Assembly: GCA_033442325.1 (NCBI GenBank)
Contig: JAWQFM010000008.1
Span: forward strand, 1,517,917-1,525,562
Direction of reading: 5' to 3'
DNA from: Salpingoeca rosetta
Lineage: Eukaryota > Protista > Choanoflagellata
DNA: 7,646 nucleotides
Within the stretch, counting starts at the first letter, position 1, and every line of letters begins with the position of its first letter. Positions 1-6,984 of the stretch are shown here, piece by piece. The translations under genes were made by a program, and so were the position numbers. The notes beneath the pieces were generated by a model, which was given only the letters and a program-made list of their open reading frames with translations, ran no database searches and was not told the origin of the DNA.

Positions 1-1075
1 CCTGTCGCTCGACGATGCCATTCTGCGCCTGGGTGTACGGCGGGGACTGCTGGTGCTGCTTCAGGTGCTTCTGACGATGGCCTGGAAGTCAGCTCCGAGG
101 AAGATGGCATCGGAATCCGTCTGGAGTGCTGTTGTTGTGGGTGAGATGGGGAGCTTGGTCTCGCGCAGGAAAGACTGGAACGCGGCAACTGCGTCCTTCT
201 TGGCATTGAGATGGACTGCATGCAGGAGCTTGCTGCCCTCATCGACGATGACGAGGCTGTAGCGCTTGTCCGTGGGCGAGTCCGCGGTCCAGTCGACGAT
301 GTCGGCGTGGATGCGCTCGCCGGGCACCTGTGTGCGTTCCGCGTGCTTGCTGACGCTGTGACGAGTGCTCTTGGTCACTGCGCACGTTGTACACTGCTTG
401 CTGCTGATGGCGTTGCGATCGTCGATGCCCATCAGCTTGCAGTACTGCTGCACGTCGTTGTCGTTGCGGTGGCCAAGCACCTCATGCATCGATGGTGTCT
501 GCACCTTGCTCTGGGCTGCAGGAGCTGCTGCGTGTTGCTGTGGTTGCTTGCAGGCATCGGTGGTGAGTCCGTGTGCCGTGGATGGACCAACAGCAACAAT
601 GGGCCAGCATCGGAGGCTGCTGCGCTCCTTCAGCTTGACCTCGGCTCCGTGGCTGAAGCGCACGTAGTGCCCATCAGCGCCATCACGCTGCGAGTGGCCC
701 GTTGGCCTGCCGCTGCTGTCCCTAGTCAGACGACCGAGGGCGATGAGGTTGGCGTGGCCCTCGGGCACGTAGAGGCACTCCTGTAGCACAATCTGCATCG
801 TAGCTCCGCTCGTCGTGCGTGCATGCAACAGCACAGAGCCAACACCGCGCACGGGCACACGTGTGCCGCCAAACGCAGTGATGTGGCGTGTATGGTGCTG
901 TTGCAGGTGCGGTGACAGCTCCACGAAGGCGTCCTTGACGAAGGTGAGGTGGTGTGAAGCACCAGTGTCTGCAAGCCACGTGAGTGGGTCATGCAGCTGC
1001 GTGGTGTAGTAGCTGTGGCAGCGACGAAGGTTGCTGCGTCTTGACCATGTGATGCTGTGCCTGTGCAGTGAAGCC
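1..1075 (-). pseudogene. pol: Copy A: copia pol fragment (aspartic protease, HHCC zinc-binding region, integrase core), partial, with a 1-bp deletion near 72
   Basis: Protease motifs WLADTGASHH (949-978) and LYVPEGHANLIALGRL; HEVLGH...CTTC; integrase RIHADI and LQTDSDAIF. The sequence reads gtgcttctgacg at about 65-76 versus gtgcttcttgacg in copies B and D, shifting the frame (IVRST* instead of IVKKHLKQ). Bases 1-442 align to 7204-7646. The indel could be a sequencing error. Confidence 0.9.
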
Positions 1076-1989
1076 NNNNNNNNNNNNNNNNNNNNNNNNN
1101 NNNNNNNNNNNNNNNNNNNNNNNNNNNNNNNNNNNNNNNNNNNNNNNNNNNNNNNNNNNNNNNNNNNNNNNNNNNNNNNNNNNNNNNNNNNNNNNNNNNN
1201 NNNNNNNNNNNNNNNNNNNNNNNNNNNNNNNNNNNNNNNNNNNNNNNNNNNNNNNNNNNNNNNNNNNNNNNNNNNNNNNNNNNNNNNNNNNNNNNNNNNN
1301 NNNNNNNNNNNNNNNNNNNNNNNNNNNNNNNNNNNNNNNNNNNNNNNNNNNNNNNNNNNNNNNNNNNNNNNNNNNNNNNNNNNNNNNNNNNNNNNNNNNN
1401 NNNNNNNNNNNNNNNNNNNNNNNNNNNNNNNNNNNNNNNNNNNNNNNNNNNNNNNNNNNNNNNNNNNNNNNNNNNNNNNNNNNNNNNNNNNNNNNNNNNN
1501 NNNNNNNNNNNNNNNNNNNNNNNNNNNNNNNNNNNNNNNNNNNNNNNNNNNNNNNNNNNNNNNNNNNNNNNNNNNNNNNNNNNNNNNNNNNNNNNNNNNN
1601 NNNNNNNNNNNNNNNNNNNNNNNNNNNNNNNNNNNNNNNNNNNNNNNNNNNNNNNNNNNNNNNNNNNNNNNNNNNNNNNNNNNNNNNNNNNNNNNNNNNN
1701 NNNNNNNNNNNNNNNNNNNNNNNNNNNNNNNNNNNNNNNNNNNNNNNNNNNNNNNNNNNNNNNNNNNNNNNNNNNNNNNNNNNNNNNNNNNNNNNNNNNN
1801 NNNNNNNNNNNNNNNNNNNNNNNNNNNNNNNNNNNNNNNNNNNNNNNNNNNNNNNNNNNNNNNNNNNNNNNNNNNNNNNNNNNNNNNNNNNNNNNNNNNN
1901 NNNNNNNNNNNNNNNNNNNNNNNNNNNNNNNNNNNNNNNNNNNNNNNNNNNNNNNNNNNNNNNNNNNNNNNNNNNNNNNNNNNNNNNNN
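1076..1989. other. Assembly gap (914 N)
   Basis: Run of N. It probably holds the rest of the LTR ending at 2020 (inference). Confidence 0.99.
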
Positions 1990-2020
1990 ACACAAAACAG
2001 AAACTCACTCACTCTCAACA
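1990..2020 (-). repeat. LTR0: U3-terminal 31 bp of the 3' LTR of copy B (remainder in gap)
   Basis: acacaaaacagaaactcactcactctcaaca matches the ends of the LTRs at 5341-5371 and 6954-6984. On the minus strand it starts TGTTGAGAG directly after the PPT. Confidence 0.93.
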
Positions 2021-4402
2021 CTCCCCCTCAACTGCCTTCCTCTGCTCCGCCTCAGCCGTCGAAGTTCCCACCAGTCGTGGCAGGTGCTGCTCGAAGGTCT
2101 GCTTGTCTAGTGCCTTTGTCAGCGCGTCGGCAACCATCTGCGTGCCGGGACAGTGCTGCAGCACAATGGTTCCGTCGGCGATGAGCTCCCGCACGAAGTG
2201 GTGGCGTACCCGGATGTGCTTCGTGCGCGGCTTGGTGACGTGGTCGTTGCCGATGGCGATGGCCGCCTGGTTATCTGTCAGCATCTTGGTGGCTCCAGCC
2301 TCGGGCTCGTCGAGGTCCATGAGCAGCTGCCGCAGGAAGACGACATCCTGCGCTGCAGCGGAGATGGCCATGTACTCGGCCTCGGCGGTGCTCAGCGCAA
2401 CCGTGGGTTGCAGCCGGCTGCTCCAAGACACAAGACAGCCGTTGATGTAGCAGGTGAAGCCCGTCGTGGAGCGGCCCGTCAGCTGGTCCGTGCCGAAGCT
2501 GGCATCGCTGTAGCACACCAGGTCCAGCGGTTGGTCCTTGCGCGTGCCGCTGCGTCGCTTGAAGAGGAGGCCGTGCTCGCTCGTCGCCTTCAGGTACCGC
2601 ACGACGTGCTTGGCTGCCTGCCAGTGGACCGTCGTGTAACGGTCCATGTAACGGCAGAGCAGCCCGCACGCGAAGCTGACGTCTGGTCTCGTGCGGTTGG
2701 CCAGGTACAGGAGCGAGCCGACGAGGTTGCGGAAAGGCAAGCGTCGGTCGGGCTGCTCGCTGATGCTGGAGGCGTCGATGCCAACACGCATGGGCGTGGA
2801 CACGCTGGCTGCCGCTGCCAGGTTGTAGTCGTTGACGATGTCGTTGATGGCCTGTGTCTGCGCAATGTGCAACACCCCGTCAGCTGGTGACGTCAGGTGA
2901 AGGCCCAGGTACCAGGTGAGCGGGCCCAGGTCCTCTGCCTCGAAGCTCTCCTTGATCTGCTGCTTGCAGGCACGGATGTGGCGCTCGCTGCTGCCGCTGA
3001 TGATGAGGTCGTCGACGTACGTGATGATCCATGTGCGCTGTCCGTCGTCGTGGAGCTTGGTGAAGAGGCAAGCGTCGACGTTGCTTTGCGCCCATCCGTT
3101 GGTCTTGAGGAAGGTGTGCAGCTTCTTGGCCCATGCACGGCCAGCTTGCTTGAGGCCGTAGAGCGGCTTGAGCAGCCGGCACACCTTGCCCGCGTAGCGT
3201 TGAGCGCCGTCGCCGATGTCGGTGAAGTGCGGCGGCAGCTCCATGTACAGCTCCTCCTTGAGATCAGCCTGCAGGTAAGCCGACTTGAAGTCGAGCTGGT
3301 GCAGCTGGTGCTGTCGTTGCAGGGAGACGGCGAGCACAGTGAGGATGGTCTTGGCTGCTGGTGTTGGGGCGTAGGTCTGGTCGAAGTCGATGCCTGGTCG
3401 TTGGCTGAAGCCCTTGGCGACCCAGCGTGCCTTGAAGCGCGTCGGCGCGCCCTCAGCATCACGCTTCACCTTGAAGACCAAGCGTGACTTGAGAGGCGTG
3501 TGCTGCCGTGGCACGACGCTGCGTGGGATGAGCTTGATGACGCCGTTGCGCTCCATGGCCCCGATCTCCTCCAAGCATGCCTGAGTCCACTGCTTGCGTT
3601 GCTGGCTCTTGAGTGCCTGCTTGATGCTTGCAGGCTCCGTGAGGCTGGTGTCGTCACTGCTGCTTGCTGTGAACGCGCCTGCCTCGGTGTCGCTTGCATC
3701 TGTTGTGTCTGGATCGTAGTTGGCGTCGTTGGTGTCGCTGCTGCTGTCGTCGTCAAAGTCCGTGAGCAGGAAGTCTGTCTCGACATCATCGTCCTGGTCC
3801 TCGTCGATGTGAACTGTTGGTTGCTCACCGTCAGTGGTGCTGTTGCTGCTGTCACGTGCACTGGGAAGCTGGAGCATGGACGATGTCGTGGATGTCTGCA
3901 CTTGCTCCTCCCCCTCATCCACGACATCATCGGCCTTGGAGAAGGGAAGGAAGCGGACGTGGATGGAGGACACAACGGTGTTTGTGTCTGCGAAGTGGAC
4001 GAGGTGGCTGTTGCTGCTGCTGTTGTGGCCGACGTAGATGCCTCGACGACCCTTGGGCTGCAGGCGACCGCGCTGTGTGCTGATGTGGACGACGGCCGGC
4101 TGCCCGAAGACGTGCAGCTGCGGCACGTGCTTGGGCAGCGAGCCCGTGACAATCTGCAGCGGTGTCTTGCCGTGGAGGGAAGGGCGAGGCATGTTGTTGA
4201 GGATGTGGAGGGCGTGGTTGCAGGCGAGGCTCCAGTACGATGCGTCAAGGCCTGCACCCGTGATCATGGCTCGCACCATGTCGGAGAGGGTGCGCACCTG
4301 TCGCTCGACGATGCCGTTCTGCGCCTGGTTGTACGGCGGGGACTGCTGGTGCTGCTTCAGGTGCTTCTTGACGATGGCCTGGAAGTCAGCTCGGAGGAAG
4401 AT
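2015..4402 (-). CDS. pol: Copy B: 5'-truncated copia Pol (integrase C-half with SH3-like/GKGY region, acidic linker, reverse transcriptase, RNase H), 795 codons uninterrupted
   Basis: Integrase: QNGIVERQVR, FGQPAVVH...PKGRRGIYVGH. RT: EPASIKQAL, FKARWVAKGFSQRPGIDFDQTYAP, QLDFKSAYL, LYGLKQAGRAW, YVDD (3008-3019). RNase H: YSDASF, STAEAEY, TDNQAAI, TKHIRVRHHFVRE, ADALTKAL. It lacks HHCC and both catalytic Asp residues of the DDE triad because an LTR joins at 4402/4403. Confidence 0.95.
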   Translation of the reverse strand: MFLRADFQAIVKKHLKQHQQSPPYNQAQNGIVERQVRTLSDMVRAMITGAGLDASYWSLACNHALHILNNMPRPSLHGKTPLQIVTGSLPKHVPQLHVFGQPAVVHISTQRGRLQPKGRRGIYVGHNSSSNSHLVHFADTNTVVSSIHVRFLPFSKADDVVDEGEEQVQTSTTSSMLQLPSARDSSNSTTDGEQPTVHIDEDQDDDVETDFLLTDFDDDSSSDTNDANYDPDTTDASDTEAGAFTASSSDDTSLTEPASIKQALKSQQRKQWTQACLEEIGAMERNGVIKLIPRSVVPRQHTPLKSRLVFKVKRDAEGAPTRFKARWVAKGFSQRPGIDFDQTYAPTPAAKTILTVLAVSLQRQHQLHQLDFKSAYLQADLKEELYMELPPHFTDIGDGAQRYAGKVCRLLKPLYGLKQAGRAWAKKLHTFLKTNGWAQSNVDACLFTKLHDDGQRTWIITYVDDLIISGSSERHIRACKQQIKESFEAEDLGPLTWYLGLHLTSPADGVLHIAQTQAINDIVNDYNLAAAASVSTPMRVGIDASSISEQPDRRLPFRNLVGSLLYLANRTRPDVSFACGLLCRYMDRYTTVHWQAAKHVVRYLKATSEHGLLFKRRSGTRKDQPLDLVCYSDASFGTDQLTGRSTTGFTCYINGCLVSWSSRLQPTVALSTAEAEYMAISAAAQDVVFLRQLLMDLDEPEAGATKMLTDNQAAIAIGNDHVTKPRTKHIRVRHHFVRELIADGTIVLQHCPGTQMVADALTKALDKQTFEQHLPRLVGTSTAEAEQRKAVEGEC
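2021..2029 (-). promoter_or_regulatory. Polypurine tract (plus-strand primer) of copy B
   Basis: Minus strand GAGGGGGAG lies immediately before the LTR-initial TG. Confidence 0.9.
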
Positions 4403-4824
4403 TGTAGAAACACGACAGGTGGTGTGTGTGTTTACTGTAGGCAAACGCAACAACCAAGAACACAAGAAGAATGAACAAGCACAACAAGCTGCTGCCAAAT
4501 CAACTCGGGCAGCACGCTCAAACAAACACTAGACAAGTGCACACACAGTCAACAGAACTGCCAAGGCGACATGGGCAGAGAGTGCACGAACACAAACAAT
4601 CTAAACAACGAACAGCATGCATACATGCGCGCAGAGCAATGCTAGGCATGGCATGAATGCTTGCAGGCAAGCATACACAACAGACAACACTTCACAACAC
4701 TGCATGGCACGCACACATGGCATTTGCCAAGCATGACGGGCATGCACACACACATGGCACACATGACACACAACTCACGTGTGCAGGGGAAGGAGGAGAG
4801 GAGAGGCAGTTGGCACACATGCAT
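4403..4824 (-). repeat. LTR1: LTR with intact U5 end, truncated on the U3 side by LTR2 (about 134 bp missing)
   Basis: Starts tgtagaaacacgacagg and aligns to 4825-5237 and 6438-6850. It stops at ...cacatgcat, where intact LTRs continue accagcag. It is more diverged than LTR2/LTR3, with 9 bp of net insertion. Confidence 0.93.
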
Positions 4825-5371
4825 TGTTGAGACACGACAGGTGGTGTGTGTGTTTACTGTAGGCAAACGCAACAAACAAGAACACAAGAAGAATGAACAA
4901 GCACAACAAGCTGCTGCCAAATCAACTCGGGCAGCACGCTCAAACGAATACAAGACAAGTGCACACGGTCAATGACGCTGCCAAGGCGACATGGGCAGAG
5001 TGTGCACGAACACAAACAATCTAAACAATGAGCAGCATGCATACATGCGCGCAGAGCAGTGCTAGGCATGGCATGAATGCTTGCAGGCAAGCATACACAA
5101 CAGACAACACTTCACAACACTGCATGGCACGCAGGCATGGCATTTGCCAAGCATAACGGGCATGCACACACACACATGGCACACAACTCACGTGTGTAGG
5201 GGAAGCAGGAGAGGAGAGGCAGTTGGCACACATGCATACCAGCAGAGAGGAAGGAATGTTTGCAAACGGAAAAACCACAAAGCAGGTGTTGTTGGCAAAC
5301 AAGACAAAACCACACGCGAAGGCAAATTAGGAAGGACTTAACACAGAACAGAAACTCACTGAATCTCAACA
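4825..5371 (-). repeat. LTR2: complete 547-bp 3' LTR of copy C
   Basis: TGTTGAGA...TCTCAACA termini (8-bp perfect inverted repeat); PPT adjacent at 5372. About 10 substitutions versus 6438-6984 by manual alignment. Confidence 0.96.
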
Positions 5372-5380
5372 CTCCCCCTC
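5372..5380 (-). promoter_or_regulatory. Polypurine tract of copy C
   Basis: Minus strand GAGGGGGAG lies immediately before LTR2 and is identical to 2021-2029. Confidence 0.9.
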
Positions 5381-6022
5381 AACTGCCTTCCTCTGCTCCG
5401 TCTCAGCCGTCGAGGTTCCCACCAGTCGTGGCAGGTGCTGCTCGAAGGTCTGCTTGTCCAGTGCCTTGGTCAGCGCGTCGGCAACCATCTGCGTGCCGGG
5501 ACAGTGCTGCAGCACAATGGTTCCGTCAGCGATGAGCTCCCGCACGAAGTGGTGGCGTACCCGGATGTGCTTCGTGCGCGGCTTGGTGACGTGGTCGTTA
5601 CCGATGGCGATGGCCGCCTGGTTATCTGTCAGCATCTTGGTGGCTCCAGCCTCGGGCTCGTCAAGGTCCATGAGCAGCTGCCGCAGGAAGACGACGTCCT
5701 GCGCTGCAGCGGAGATGGCCATGTACTCGGCCTCGGCGGTGCTCAGCGCAACTGTGGGTTGCAGCCGGCTGCTCCAAGACACAAGACAGCCGTTGATGTA
5801 GCAGGTGAAGCCCGTCGTGGAGCGGCCCGTCAGCTGGTCTGTTCCGAAGCTGGCATCGCTGTAGCACACAAGGTCCAGCGGCTGGTCTTTGCACGTGCCG
5901 CTGCGTCGCTTGAAGAGGAGGCCGTGCTCGCTCGTCGCCTTCAGGTACCGCACGACGTGCTTGGCTGCCTGCCAGTGGACCGTCGTGTAACGGTCCATGT
6001 AACGGGCAGAGCAGTCCGCACG

Positions 6023-6124
6023 NNNNNNNNNNNNNNNNNNNNNNNNNNNNNNNNNNNNNNNNNNNNNNNNNNNNNNNNNNNNNNNNNNNNNNNNNNNNNN
6101 NNNNNNNNNNNNNNNNNNNNNNNN
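6023..6124. other. Assembly gap (102 N)
   Basis: Run of N. Its length equals the homologous interval 2671-2772 of copy B (102 bp). Confidence 0.99.
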
Positions 6125-6437
6125 CGTCGATGCCAACACGCATGGGCGTCGATCACGCTGACTGCCGATGTCAAGGTTGTAGTCGGTGGACGATGTCGTT
6201 GATGGACCTGTGTCTGCGTAATGTGCAACACCCCGTCAACTGGTGACGTCAGGTGACAGGCCCAGGTACCATGGTGAGCGGGCCCAGGTCCTCCTGCCTC
6301 GAAGCTGTCCTTGATCTGCTGCTTGCAGGCACGGATGTGGCGCTCGCTGCTGCCGCTGATGATGAGGTCGTCGACGTACGTGATGATTCATGTGCGCTGT
6401 CGGTCGTCGTGGAGCTTGGCGAAGAGCCATGCGTCGA

Positions 6438-6984
6438 TGTAGAAACACGACAGGTGGTGTGTGTGTTTACTGTAGACAAACGCAACAAACAAGAACACAA
6501 GGAGAATGAACAAGCACAACAAGCTGCTGCCAAATCAACTCGGGCAGCACGCTCAAACGAATACAAGACAAGTGCACACGGTCAATGACGCTGCCAAGGC
6601 GACATGGGCAGAGTGTGCACGAACACAAACAATCTAAACAATGAGCAGCATGCATACATGCGCGCAGAGCAGTGCTAGGCATGGCATGGATGCTTGCAGG
6701 CAAGCATACACAACAGACAACACTTCACAACACTGCATGGCATGCAGGCATGGCATTTGCCAAGCATGGCGAGCATGCACACACACACATGGCACACAAC
6801 TCACGTGTGTAGGGGAAGCAGGAGAGGAGAGGCAGTTGGCACACATGCATACCAGCAGAGAGGAAGGAATGTTTGCAAACGGAAAAACCACAAAGCAGGT
6901 GTTGTTGGCAAACAAGACAAAACCACACGCGAAGGCAAATTAGGAAGGACTTAACACAGAACAGAAACTCACTGACTCTCAACA
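6438..6984 (-). repeat. LTR3: complete 547-bp LTR with neither PBS nor PPT, flanked on both sides by pol sequence
   Basis: TGTAGAAA...TCTCAACA termini. The left flank is RT (gcgtcga, equivalent to 3078) and the right flank is integrase C-terminal domain (tgctgatg, equivalent to 4078). Confidence 0.96.

Larger units (their letters stand above)
5366..6437 (-). pseudogene. pol: Copy C: 5'-truncated pol fragment (RT C-terminal part including YVDD, connection, RNase H)
   Basis: Collinear with 2015-3078 of copy B, and the RNase H frame is intact. There is an extra G at 6004-6006 and several indels in 6125-6437 next to the gap, possibly low-quality read ends. LTR3 interrupts it at 6437/6438. Confidence 0.9.

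Noticed and set aside
61-2450. Long ORFs spanning the 914-N gap (644, 460, 431, 359, 339 aa)
   Set aside because: Their lengths are artefacts of N translated as X. Only the pol frame within 1-1075 is supported.
2153-4474. Plus-strand ORFs (245, 196, 324 aa) and alternative minus-strand frames overlapping pol
   Set aside because: They are shadow ORFs of GC-rich, codon-biased pol with no recognisable motifs, and substitutions between copies are synonymous in the pol frame.
4471-5535. Cys/His-rich short ORFs within the LTRs (also 6467-6954)
   Set aside because: Their composition follows from TG/CA-rich low-complexity LTR sequence, and frames are broken by indels between LTR1 and LTR2/3. There is no evidence for an env-like gene.
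6125-6437. Dense indels suggesting an older, decayed copy
   Set aside because: Errors cluster next to the gap while the rest of copy C is clean, so low-quality read ends are more likely.
6725-6984. Integrase D reading through into LTR3 to gain a Cys-rich tail of about 85 aa
   Set aside because: The U3 frame is open by chance after the junction, and there is no support for function.
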